Virus record (IMG/VR): IMGVR_UViG_640753024_000003
Span: 1 to 27,998 of that record
From: a virus
Taxonomy: Duplodnaviria > Heunggongvirae > Uroviricota > Caudoviricetes
DNA length: 27,998 bases
Direction: 5' to 3' (one strand)
Part shown: positions 8,597-17,413 of the stretch, piece by piece
Layout of the letters: each line of letters starts with the position of its first letter
Position numbering within the stretch: the first letter of the stretch is position 1
Program-made: the position numbers and the translations under genes
The notes under the pieces: generated by a model
What the model was told of the DNA's origin: nothing
The model's input: the letters and a program-made list of their open reading frames with translations, nothing else
Database searches by the model: none

Positions 8597-8640
8597 TAAG
8601 CAATCAACTTAACAGTCAATTCAAACTAAAGGAGTCAATT

Positions 8641-9180
8641 ATGCAACCACTTACATACCAACAGACTAGCGGATTTAGCCCGACTGCGGTGATAAATCGT
8701 TCTCAAACAAAACAGGTGCCAGGCCACGAAAAAATCCGTGATGCCGTCCGCGCCTGGTCGGCTGTAGATAATCAGGATGTCGTTGCCACACTCATTGTGA
8801 ATGAGTATCGGGAGCAGGGCGGCGGCACCATCGATTTCCCTGATGATGTCAGCCGTGCACGCCAGAAGCTGTTCCGCTTCCTCGATAACAAATTCGATTC
8901 TGAAAAATACCGAAATAACGTGCGTGAACTGACCCCGGTAATTCTGGCGGTACTACCGCTGGAATATCGCGGTTACCTGGTTGAGCAGGATAGCTTCATG
9001 GCTAGGTTGGCTGAAATGGAAAAGGAACTCAGTGAGGCAAAACAGGCTGTCATTCTCAACGCACCACGCCACCAGAAACTGAAGGAAATTAGTGAAGGTA
9101 TTGTGTCGATGTTTCGTGTGGACCCAGATCTGGCTGGTCCATTGATGGCGATGGTTACTACCATGCTGGGGGCGATATGA
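8641..9180 (+). CDS. CII-like regulatory protein (CP76-type), in the cII position
   Basis: 179-aa ORF between cro and O; family assignment from memory of the phage CII (CP76) family, not verified. Confidence 0.45.
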   Translation: MQPLTYQQTSGFSPTAVINRSQTKQVPGHEKIRDAVRAWSAVDNQDVVATLIVNEYREQGGGTIDFPDDVSRARQKLFRFLDNKFDSEKYRNNVRELTPVILAVLPLEYRGYLVEQDSFMARLAEMEKELSEAKQAVILNAPRHQKLKEISEGIVSMFRVDPDLAGPLMAMVTTMLGAI

Positions 9181-9266
9181 CAGGTTCAGAAATGGCGAAA
9201 GCCGGTCTGCTGGAACAGAACCGACTTTCAGGTGCAAATCGTAACACACTCATTGCGGGAGGAATT

Positions 9267-10196
9267 ATGGCAAACACTGCTGAGATATTCAATTTTCCAG
9301 TGCCGGATGCGGCACAAAAGGAGCCGCGCGTGGCAGATCTCGATGATGGTTATACGCGCATTGCAAATGAGTTGCTGGAAGCTGTGATGCTGGCCGGATT
9401 AACACAGCACCAGCTTCTGGTCTTTCTGGCTGTCATGCGCAAAACATATGGCTTTAATAAAAAACTGGATTGGGTTAGCAACGAGCAACTTTCCGAATTA
9501 ACCGGGATATTGCCGCACAAGTGTTCTGCTGCAAAAAGTGTTCTGGTAAAGCGTGGGATTTTTATTCAGAGCGGGCGGAATACCGGCATTAATAATGTGG
9601 TCAGTGAATGGTCAACATTACCCGAATCAGGTAAGAAAAATAAAGTTTACCTGAAAGAGGTAAATTTACCTGAATCAGGTAAAAAAAGTTTACCCAAATC
9701 AGGTAAAGGCGTTTACCCGAATCAGGTAAACACAAAAGACAAACTAACAAAAGACAATATAAAACCTTTTTCGTCCGAGAATTCTGGCGAATCCTCTGAC
9801 CAACCAGAAAACGATCTTCCTGTGGTGAAACCGGATGCTGCAATTCAGAGCGGCAGCAAGTGGGGGACAGCAGAAGACCTGACCGCCGCAGAGTGGATGT
9901 TTGACATGGTGAAGACCATCGCGCCATCAGCCAGAAAACCGAATTTTGCAGGGTGGGCTAACGATATCCGCCTGATGCGTGAACGTGACGGACGTAACCA
10001 CCGCGACATGTGTGTGCTGTTCCGCTGGGCATGCCAGGACAACTTCTGGTCCGGTAACGTGCTAAGTCCGGCCAAACTCCGCGACAAGTGGACCCAGCTC
10101 GAAATCAACCGAAACAAGCAACAGGCTGGCGTGATAGCCGGCAAACCAAAACTCGACCTGACGAACACTGACTGGATTTACGGGGTGGAGCTATGA
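9267..10196 (+). CDS. O: Replication initiator O (non-lambda N-terminal iteron-binding domain, lambda-like C-terminal P-interaction domain)
   Basis: Start placed at MANTAEIFNF (GGAGG ribosome-binding site; in-frame alternative start at 9177); C-terminal region (SKWGTAEDLTAAEWMFDMVKTIAPSARKPNFAGWANDIRLMRERDGRNHRDMCVLFRWACQDNFWSGNVLSPAKLRDKWTQLEINRNKQQAG) recognised as lambda O; iterons inside the gene. Confidence 0.85.
   Translation: MANTAEIFNFPVPDAAQKEPRVADLDDGYTRIANELLEAVMLAGLTQHQLLVFLAVMRKTYGFNKKLDWVSNEQLSELTGILPHKCSAAKSVLVKRGIFIQSGRNTGINNVVSEWSTLPESGKKNKVYLKEVNLPESGKKSLPKSGKGVYPNQVNTKDKLTKDNIKPFSSENSGESSDQPENDLPVVKPDAAIQSGSKWGTAEDLTAAEWMFDMVKTIAPSARKPNFAGWANDIRLMRERDGRNHRDMCVLFRWACQDNFWSGNVLSPAKLRDKWTQLEINRNKQQAGVIAGKPKLDLTNTDWIYGVEL
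9618..9775 (+). repeat. Replication origin: five ~19-bp iterons (TTTACCYGAATCAGGTAAA-like) followed by an A-rich unwinding region
   Basis: Direct repeats at about 9618, 9647, 9665, 9688 and 9711, each internally palindromic, then A-rich tract 9730-9775; embedded in the O coding region as in lambda ori. Confidence 0.8.
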
Positions 10197-10894
10197 AAAA
10201 CATCGCCGCACAGATGGTTAACTTTGACTGTGAGCAGATGCGCCGGATCGCCAACAACATGCCGGAACAGTACGACGAAAAGCCACAGGTACAGCAGGTA
10301 GCGCAGATCATCAACGGTGTGTTCAGCCAGTTACTGGCAACTTTCCCGGCGAGCCTGGCTAACCGTGACCAGAATGAACTGAACGAAATCCGCCGCCAGT
10401 GGGTTCTGGCTTTCCGGGAAAACGGGATCACCACAATGGAACAGGTTAACGCTGGAATGCGCGTAGCCCGTCGGCAGAATCGACCATTCCTGCCATCACC
10501 CGGGCAGTTTGTCGCCTGGTGCCGGGAAGAAGCATCTGTTAACGCCGGGCTGCCAAACGTCAGCGAGCTGGTTGATATGGTTTACGAGTATTGCCGGAAG
10601 CGTGGCCTGTATCCGGATGCAGAGTCTTATCCGTGGAAATCGAACGCGCATTACTGGTTGGTTACCAACTTGTACCAGAACATGCGGGCCAATGCGCTGA
10701 CTGACGCGGAATTACGGCGCAAGGCTGCCGATGAACTGACCTGTATGACAGCGCGAATTAACCGTGGTGAGACGATACCTGAACCAGTAAAACAACTTCC
10801 TGTTATGGGCGGTAGACCTCTAAATCGTGCACAGGCTCTGGCGAAGATCGCAGAAATTAAAGCTAAGTTCGGACTGAAAGGAGCAAGTGTATGA
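10193..10894 (+). CDS. P: Replication protein P (DnaB helicase loader)
   Basis: 233-aa ORF MKNIAAQMVNFDCEQMRRIANNMPEQYDEKPQVQQVAQIINGVFSQLLATFPASLANRDQ..., recognised as lambda P. Confidence 0.95.
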   Translation: MKNIAAQMVNFDCEQMRRIANNMPEQYDEKPQVQQVAQIINGVFSQLLATFPASLANRDQNELNEIRRQWVLAFRENGITTMEQVNAGMRVARRQNRPFLPSPGQFVAWCREEASVNAGLPNVSELVDMVYEYCRKRGLYPDAESYPWKSNAHYWLVTNLYQNMRANALTDAELRRKAADELTCMTARINRGETIPEPVKQLPVMGGRPLNRAQALAKIAEIKAKFGLKGASV

Positions 10895-11193
10895 CGGGCA
10901 AAGAGGCAATTATTCATTACCTGGGGACGCATAAGAGCTTCTGTGCACAGGACGTTGCCGCGGTAACAGGCGCAACCGTAACCAGCATAAATCAGGCTGC
11001 GGCTAAAATGGCGCGGGCAGGAATCCTGGTCGTTGATGGTAAGGTCTGGCGAACGGTGTATTACCGGTTCGCTACCAGAGAAGAACGGGAAGGAAAGGTG
11101 AGCACGAATCTGATTTTTAAGGAGTGTCGCCAGAGTGCCGCGATGAAACGCGTATTGAGGGTATATAAAAGAACATCAATGGGTACACAATGA
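10891..11193 (+). CDS. ren: Ren (Rex exclusion protection protein)
   Basis: 100-aa ORF MTGKEAIIHYLGTHKSFCAQDVAAVTGATVTSINQAAAKMARAGILVVDGKVWRTVYYRFATREEREGK, recognised as lambda Ren. Confidence 0.9.
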   Translation: MTGKEAIIHYLGTHKSFCAQDVAAVTGATVTSINQAAAKMARAGILVVDGKVWRTVYYRFATREEREGKVSTNLIFKECRQSAAMKRVLRVYKRTSMGTQ

Positions 11194-11260
11194 TGAAACA
11201 GGTGAGTTGATTTCAAACTGTAGTACAATTCTCTCCAGTTTGAACAGGAAAGAATATGCT

Positions 11261-11593
11261 ATGAACCCTTATATTTATCTTGGTGGTGCAATACTTGCAG
11301 AGGTCATTGGTACAACCTTAATGAAGTTTTCAGAAGGTTTTACACGGTTATGGCCATCTGTTGGTACAATTATTTGTTATTGTGCATCATTCTGGTTATT
11401 AGCTCAGACGCTGGCTTATATTCCTACAGGGATTGCTTATGCTATCTGGTCAGGAGTCGGTATTGTCCTGATTAGCTTACTGTCATGGGGATTTTTCGGC
11501 CAACGGCTGGACCTGCCAGCCATTATAGGCATGATGTTGATTTGTGCCGGTGTGTTGGTTATTAATTTATTGTCACGAAGCACACCACATTAA
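11261..11593 (+). CDS. emrE: SMR-family multidrug efflux transporter EmrE
   Basis: 110 aa from MNPYIYLGGAILAEVIGTTLMKFSEGFTRLWPSVGTIICY..., recognised as EmrE; 4 TM helices; AT-rich cargo gene after ren as in DLP12. Confidence 0.95.
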   Translation: MNPYIYLGGAILAEVIGTTLMKFSEGFTRLWPSVGTIICYCASFWLLAQTLAYIPTGIAYAIWSGVGIVLISLLSWGFFGQRLDLPAIIGMMLICAGVLVINLLSRSTPH

Positions 11594-11623
11594 AAATAAT
11601 TTGTTTTTAAACGACTAAAATAT

Positions 11624-11664
11624 GGAGGCTCTTATATTTATATGAGCCTCGTTTTATGCTTTTT
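11624..11664 (+). terminator. Candidate intrinsic terminator after emrE
   Basis: Stem gaggctc/gagcctc with AT-rich loop followed by gttttatgcttttt. Confidence 0.45.
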
Positions 11665-11848
11665 GTTAATGTCTTTATTTTTTATGTATTCTTTTGTGCT
11701 TTCAAGATTATGGCGTGAGAAAATTGCAATACGATTATTGTTGTATATTCAAGATAATGTGACCTTAATTGTCTTTTTAAATAAAAATTAAACAAAAGTT
11801 ATATCTCACCACTAAGGTTTATAAAAGCATACGTTAGCAGGTGTCACC

Positions 11849-13375
11849 ATGAAAAAAGCCATAGCATATATGCGATTTTCATCACCAGGTCAGATGTCTG
11901 GCGACTCATTGAACCGACAGAGAAGACTTATTGCTGAATGGTTAAAGGTAAATAGTAATTATTATCTTGATACCATAACATATGAAGATTTAGGATTAAG
12001 TGCATTCAAAGGAAAGCATGCACAATCAGGAGCTTTTTCGGAATTTTTAGATGCTATAGAGCATGGTTATATATTGCCAGGAACTACATTGTTAGTTGAA
12101 AGTTTGGACAGACTTTCAAGAGAAAAAGTCGGTGAAGCGATTGAGCGTCTGAAATTGATTTTGAATCACGGTATTGATGTTATAACTCTTTGCGATAATA
12201 CAGTCTATAACATTGACTCTTTGAATGATCCATATTCATTAATAAAAGCCATACTTATAGCACAAAGGGCAAATGAAGAAAGCGAGATAAAGTCAAGTCG
12301 GGTTAAATTATCATGGAAGAAAAAACGGCAGGATGCACTGGAGTCAGGCACGATTATGACGGCGTCTTGTCCGAGATGGCTCTCATTGGATGACAAAAGA
12401 ACAGCTTTTATTCCAGACCCCGACAGGGTGAAAACGATTGAGCTAATTTTTAAACTCAGGATGGAAAGGCGATCATTGAATGCAATAGCCAAGTATTTAA
12501 ATGATCATGCTGTAAAAAATTTCTCAGGCAAAGAAAGTGCATGAGGGCCTTCTGTAATTGAAAAATTATTAGCGAATAAAGCTCTGATAGGTATATGCGT
12601 ACCTTCATATCGTGCAAGAGGTAAAGGAATAAGTGAAATCGCTGGCTATTATCCCAGAGTCATATCAGATGATTTGTTTTACGCTGTGCAGGAAATTCGG
12701 TTGGCACCTTTTGGTATTAGCAATAGTAGCAAAAATCCTATGTTGATAAATCTACTTCGAACAGTTATGAAGTGCGAGGCTTGTGGTAATACCATGATTG
12801 TTCATGCGGTATCTGGAAGTTTGCATGGCTATTATGTTTGTCCGATGAGAAGACTGCATCGATGTGACAGGCCATCAATAAAGAGAGATTTGGTTGATTA
12901 TAATATCATTAATGAGTTGCTTTTTAATTGTAGTAAAATCCAACCAGTTGAAAACAAGAAAGATGCTAATGAAACTTTAGAGTTGAAAATTATTGAGCTC
13001 CAGATGAAAATTAATAATTTAATTGCTGCATTATCTGTTGCGCCTGAAGTTACCGCTATAGCAGAAAAAATCAGAGTATTAGATAAGGAATTACGAAGGG
13101 CTTCGGTATCATTAAAAACTTTGAAGAGTAAAGCGGTGAGTTCACTTGGTGATTTTCATGCTATTGACTTAACCAGTAAAAATGGGCGAGAGCTATGTCG
13201 TACACTTGCCTATAAAACATTCGAAAAAATCATAATCAATACAGATAATAAAACCTGTGATATCTATTTTATGAATGGCATTGTTTTTAAACACTATCCT
13301 TTAATGAAAACAATATCCGCCCAGCAGGCGATAAGTACTCTCAAATATATGGTTGATGGTGAGGTTTATTTTTGA
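11849..13375 (+). pseudogene. ybcK: Large serine recombinase (YbcK-like) interrupted by a single in-frame TGA at 12542-12544
   Basis: Two same-frame ORFs (231 aa and 233 aa) separated only by one TGA; N-terminal resolvase/invertase catalytic domain (YMRFSSPGQ...SLNRQ); read-through sequence ...GKESA*GPSVIEKLLANKALIG suggests TGG(Trp) to TGA. Confidence 0.8.
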
Positions 13376-13639
13376 GTAATAATCACTTTTCCAACCGTGC
13401 TATAGTAAGAAAGTTAGGTAAGTACAATAAAAGTATCTATCCTGAACGAAGCGTCCTGAGCTATGGTTTTACTATAGGGACTGCCAATGGATGCTGGCGT
13501 TCCCGTTCTAGCAGTTCAACAATTCCCAATCACAAAACAATTCACTGATAACGAACTTTGCACACTCGCCTGGTTATGGCGAGCAGGGAATGTGATGTTA
13601 ATTGCCTACCAGAACGTTACTCATCTTCTTCAGGATGCG

Positions 13640-13647
13640 GAGCATGG
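13640..13647. repeat. Target-site duplication (left copy) GAGCATGG
   Basis: 8-bp sequence identical to 16090-16097, directly abutting the IS terminal inverted repeat. Confidence 0.85.
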
Positions 13648-13684
13648 GTAAGCGTGCAGCAAGAACCGTATTGACGGGGATGTG

Positions 13685-15223
13685 TTATTCAGTCGGCAGT
13701 GCTACGCGCCAGGGGAGCAGTTCGCCGACCCGGTTTATCGGCCAGTCGGCTATGACGTCAAGGACATAGCGGAGGTAGCTTTCTGGCTCCACTCCGTTCA
13801 GTTTGCACGTCCCGATCAGGCTGTACAGCAGCGCTCCCCGCTCTCCTCCATGATCCGAACCGAAGAACAGGTAGTTTTTGCGGCCCAGACTGACCATCCG
13901 CAACGCATTTTCAGCGATGTTATTGTCCGCCTCAGCCCAGCCATCATCTGCATAGTACGTCAGCGCCGGCCACTGGTTCAGGGCGTATGCGAACGCTTTC
14001 GCCAGTTCTGAGTGTCGCGACAGGGTTTTCATCTTTTCACGCAACCAGCTTTCCAGGGATTTCAACAGCGGTTTCGTTTTTCGCTGACGTTCAGCAAGCC
14101 GCTGCTCTGCCGGCATTCCCCTTATATCCGCCTCTATGGCGTACAACTGACCGATCTGCTCCAGGGCTTCTTCCGTCAGTGCTGACGGGATGCGGACGTG
14201 CACATCGTGGATCTTTCGGCGGGCATGAGCCCAGCAGGCAGCTTCCGTTATCCCACCATTGCGATACAGCTCGTTGAACCCGGCGTACGCATCCGCTTGC
14301 AGCACACCGCTGAAGCAGGCAAGATGAGTCTGCGGATGGATGCCTTTTCTGTCCGGGCTGTAAGCGAACCACACTGCAGGTGCCAACGCTGACCCGGCAT
14401 TGCGGTCATCACGAACATACGCCCACAACCGCCCGGTCTTCGTCTTCTTATTACCCGGCAGCAGTACCTGGACCGGGGTATCATCGGCATGGAGTTTGCC
14501 GTCAGTCATGACATAGCCATGAAGCGCCTCTTCCAGCGGAGACAGCAGCCGGCAGCATGCATCCACCCAGCCCGACAGCAGTGAACGGCTCAGCTCCACA
14601 CCTTGCCGGCCGTATATTTCTGACTGGCGATACAGCGGGGTGTGCTCTGCATACTTCGAGGTCAGCACGCGGGCCAGCAGCCCCGGTCCGGCGATACCCC
14701 GCTCGATGGGCCGCGAAGGTGCAGGTGCCTGCACGATGGCATCGCACTGAGTACAGGCATGTTTTTCCCGTACCGTCCGGATAACCCGGAAGGCACTACG
14801 CATCAACTCCAGCTGTTCGGCGGTATCCTCGCCCAGATAGCTCAGTGAACCGCCGCAGTTCGGGCAGCACGGCGCCGCAGGCAACAGTCGCTTTTCGTCA
14901 CGGGGTAGTGATTCAGGGAACGGCTTACGGGTGCGGGTCTGACGCAACGGACGCTGTACAGCCGGGTCATACACCCTACCAGTCAGCGTATCGCTCTCTT
15001 TCTGAAGCCGGTTCAGATCGGCTTCCATTTGTGCGATACGGCGGGAGACTTTTTCGGAACGACTGCCGAAGTTCATCCGGCGGAGTTTATCCAGCTGCGC
15101 CTGCAGATGGTCTATTTCGCGCTCCCAGTTGCTCAGCTTTTCCTGCAGGGCGTGGATCAGCGCTTCCTGTTCGGCCAGGCGCTGTTTCAGCAGGAAGATG
15201 TCGTCAGAAGAGATGTCGTTCAT
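13685..15223 (-). CDS. tnpC: IS66-family transposase TnpC
   Basis: 512-aa ORF with N-terminal coiled coil/leucine zipper, CxxC...CxxC zinc finger (CCPNCGG...CTQCD) and DDE-type core. Confidence 0.9.
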   Translation of the reverse strand: MNDISSDDIFLLKQRLAEQEALIHALQEKLSNWEREIDHLQAQLDKLRRMNFGSRSEKVSRRIAQMEADLNRLQKESDTLTGRVYDPAVQRPLRQTRTRKPFPESLPRDEKRLLPAAPCCPNCGGSLSYLGEDTAEQLELMRSAFRVIRTVREKHACTQCDAIVQAPAPSRPIERGIAGPGLLARVLTSKYAEHTPLYRQSEIYGRQGVELSRSLLSGWVDACCRLLSPLEEALHGYVMTDGKLHADDTPVQVLLPGNKKTKTGRLWAYVRDDRNAGSALAPAVWFAYSPDRKGIHPQTHLACFSGVLQADAYAGFNELYRNGGITEAACWAHARRKIHDVHVRIPSALTEEALEQIGQLYAIEADIRGMPAEQRLAERQRKTKPLLKSLESWLREKMKTLSRHSELAKAFAYALNQWPALTYYADDGWAEADNNIAENALRMVSLGRKNYLFFGSDHGGERGALLYSLIGTCKLNGVEPESYLRYVLDVIADWPINRVGELLPWRVALPTE

Positions 15224-15272
15224 AAGCCCGTATTTTACCGGGCTTATTCTGTGACAACCAGGATAAAGAGAT

Positions 15273-15620
15273 TTACAGCATGGTCAGGGAGGTCAGCAAC
15301 CGCTTGGGCTGTCGCCAGTCGATACCTTCCAGCAGCATCGCCAGCTGCGCCTGCGTAAGGAACACTTTGCCATCACGGGCTGACGGCCAGGCGAAGCGCC
15401 CACGCTCCAGCCGTTTGGTCAGGAGGCACAGTCCGTCACCGGTGGACCACAGCAGTTTAACCTGACTGCCGCTGCGGCCCCGGAAAATGAAAACATGGCC
15501 GGACATGGGATCGTCTTTCAGCGCCGTTTGTACTTTCGCAGCCAGGCCGTTGAAGCCATTTCTCATATCGGTGATACCGGCAACCAGCCAAATTTTGGTC
15601 CCGGAAGGTAACGGGATCAT
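15273..15620 (-). CDS. tnpB: IS66 accessory protein TnpB (Orf2)
   Basis: 115-aa [33 protein letters not shown]... in the middle position of the IS66 operon, overlapping tnpA stop. Confidence 0.85.
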   Translation of the reverse strand: MIPLPSGTKIWLVAGITDMRNGFNGLAAKVQTALKDDPMSGHVFIFRGRSGSQVKLLWSTGDGLCLLTKRLERGRFAWPSARDGKVFLTQAQLAMLLEGIDWRQPKRLLTSLTML

Positions 15621-16018
15621 CGCTTCAGTTCCTGTATCAGCAGAGTCAGGAGCTTTTCGCTGACATTGCCATTGAAGCGGAGCGTCCCGTGCCGGAACGT
15701 TACCTCACAGCTGATACTGAGGGTTTCCGGGTCCTCTGCGAGCGATTCTGGCTGTTCGGCAGCTGCATCGAGAGTCACAGGAAGTAGCTGGGGGCTCTCT
15801 GAAGAAGGTAATAGCAGCTTTCCCTCGCGCCATTGTTGTCGCCATTTGAACAACAGATTGGCGTTAATGCCATTTTCAAGAGCAAGTTTTGAGATGGATA
15901 TCCCGGGTTCACAGGAGGCAGCAACGAGCTGCTGTTTAAATTCGGGAGGATAATTAGGGCAGCCTTTTCGCCTGCCGGGAGTCACATTTTTCTGCATATC
16001 TGACACTTTGGTTCCCAC
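15617..16018 (-). CDS. tnpA: IS66 accessory protein TnpA (Orf1, HTH)
   Basis: 133-aa ORF in the first position of the IS66 operon; ATGA overlap with tnpB. Confidence 0.8.
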   Translation of the reverse strand: MGTKVSDMQKNVTPGRRKGCPNYPPEFKQQLVAASCEPGISISKLALENGINANLLFKWRQQWREGKLLLPSSESPQLLPVTLDAAAEQPESLAEDPETLSISCEVTFRHGTLRFNGNVSEKLLTLLIQELKR

Positions 16019-16089
16019 TACTTATTTGGTGGACACCACTTTGTCTAATTTGTCAGATTCTGACCAGACGGTTCAGGCTGTACGCTTAC

Positions 16090-16097
16090 GAGCATGG
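16090..16097. repeat. Target-site duplication (right copy) GAGCATGG
   Basis: Identical to 13640-13647. Confidence 0.85.
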
Positions 16098-16278
16098 TGA
16101 GGCTGGTCACTTCACTTCCATCGAGCAAGAATATCCCCAGAGACTCAACAGAGCGCGAGCAATCCTCGCCCGAGAAACGGCACATGTAAAACTTCAGCCG
16201 TGGCAGGATGATAAGTGGAGTCAAGTATTGCCGCATTTACCTCAGAATCTGTTTCAATAAAGGCGCTAGTTAGTAAGG

Positions 16279-16304
16279 CTTCCGTCATTCTGCGATGACG
16301 GAAG
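16279..16304. other. Perfect 10-bp inverted repeat hairpin (cttccgtcat-N6-atgacggaag)
   Basis: Lies 18 nt after the stop of the IS-interrupted small ORF and 130 nt upstream of the HNH-motif gene; no U-tract. Confidence 0.4.
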
Positions 16305-16434
16305 TGCGGGCTGCGTACGGGAGAGCAATTGCATGAATAATATAAATATTCCGCTCACTCCATATAGCGATTTCTGATACAAACTTATCTATTGTGGTAA
16401 AATTATAGAAACAAACTTATAGCGTACTAACCAT

Positions 16435-17217
16435 ATGGACAATATTAATAAACACGGGCTCTCAAGAAGAATACCTGAGACAATAAAACGTCAGATAAGG
16501 CAAAGGTGCGGCTTTGGCTGTGTAATTTGTGGATTTGGATTTTATGATTATGAGCATTTTAAACCTGACTTCGTTGATGCCAAAATACATGATCCGAATG
16601 GAATGACACTTCTTTGCTCCCAATGCAATCAAAAAAGAGCTCGTGGTAGACTTTCAGCACAGACAGTGGAAATAGCTGACAGAAATCCCAAGTGCTTACA
16701 GGCTGGTTTTGCAAATGAAATGTTTGATTTTCATAATGAGCCTATAACAGTAAAATTTGCAGGAGTGACGTTTCATAACTGTCAAAATTTGATTGTAGTC
16801 AACGAACAACCCATTCTTTCTGTGAAACCTTCACCCATACCACATGGACCGATGCTTTTATCAGGAATTTTCTGTAATTCTATTGGTAAGGAGACTTTAC
16901 TGATAGATGAAAATGAATGGAAAGCTAAATCAGACAATTGGGATGTGGAGTGTACCGGCCCGCGTATAACAATACGACGTGGGCCAGGAGAGTTTGCCCT
17001 CGTTCTAAAAATGGAACCTCCAACAGGATTGATTGTTGAGCGTCTTGATATGTTGTATGAAGGGGTCAGGATGAAAGGAGATAAAGATCTGCTGGAAGTT
17101 TCGATTAATGGAGGTCCCTTGCACAGATGGCAATCATGCTCAATGTCAAATTGCCATACAGGGCTTGCGATTCAGGGCGGTATTAGAGCTGCTAATGATC
17201 CTTTGTATTGCGCCTAA
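16435..17217 (+). CDS. Hypothetical protein with N-terminal HNH/His-Me-finger nuclease-like zinc-finger motif and ~190-aa uncharacterised C-terminal domain
   Basis: 260-aa ORF; residues ~25-66 CGFGCVICGFGFYDYEHFKPDFVDAKIHDPNGMTLLCSQCNQ give Cys pairs flanking conserved His and Asn as in HNH nucleases; AT-rich codon usage; occupies the variable cargo slot between the recombinase and ybcN. Confidence 0.55.
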   Translation: MDNINKHGLSRRIPETIKRQIRQRCGFGCVICGFGFYDYEHFKPDFVDAKIHDPNGMTLLCSQCNQKRARGRLSAQTVEIADRNPKCLQAGFANEMFDFHNEPITVKFAGVTFHNCQNLIVVNEQPILSVKPSPIPHGPMLLSGIFCNSIGKETLLIDENEWKAKSDNWDVECTGPRITIRRGPGEFALVLKMEPPTGLIVERLDMLYEGVRMKGDKDLLEVSINGGPLHRWQSCSMSNCHTGLAIQGGIRAANDPLYCA

Positions 17218-17257
17218 ATCCACTAAATTGATTTTCAACAATCAACTTGCCATAATT

Positions 17258-17290
17258 AAGTCACCGGAGTTTGAACTCCTCCGGTGACTT
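17258..17290. other. Perfect 12-bp inverted repeat (aagtcaccggag-N9-ctccggtgactt)
   Basis: Strong hairpin/palindrome 41 nt after the HNH-gene stop; no flanking U-tract on either strand, so terminator versus protein-binding site is unresolved. Confidence 0.4.
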
Positions 17291-17311
17291 CTGCGCTAAA
17301 CGGGGACGTTT

Positions 17312-17413
17312 ATGCGCACATACAATCCAACCTCTCTTCTCCATTCACAGATGCAGAAATGCACCTGCGATATTTTGCATCCAGCGTTTGATCTCTGCGG
17401 AGGTGAAGCGTGA
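17312..17413 (+). CDS. ylcH: Small protein YlcH-like (33 aa)
   Basis: Hand-translated [33 protein letters not shown]; stop overlaps the GTG start of ybcN; position matches DLP12 ylcH-ybcN. Confidence 0.45.
   Translation: MRTYNPTSLLHSQMQKCTCDILHPAFDLCGGEA

Larger units (their letters stand above)
13648..16089 (-). mobile_element. IS66-family insertion sequence (about 2.44 kb, three ORFs tnpA-tnpB-tnpC)
   Basis: Imperfect terminal inverted repeats beginning GTAAGCG at both ends (left gtaagcgtgcagcaagaaccgt, right reverse complement gtaagcgtacagcctgaaccgt); three-ORF organisation typical of IS66; flanked by a perfect 8-bp direct repeat. Confidence 0.9.

Noticed and set aside
9618-9730. Possible CRISPR-like repeat array
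   Set aside because: Only five ~19-bp repeats with 4-10 bp spacing, internally palindromic, inside the O coding region and followed by an A-rich tract; this is a replication origin iteron array, not CRISPR
8953-10434. Minus-strand ORFs overlapping the cII-like gene, O and P
   Set aside because: Antisense to conserved replication genes; judged shadow ORFs
13987-15358. Several plus-strand ORFs of 60-126 aa inside the IS66 element
   Set aside because: Antisense shadows within the GC-rich tnpC/tnpB coding region; the IS66 three-gene operon on the minus strand explains the region
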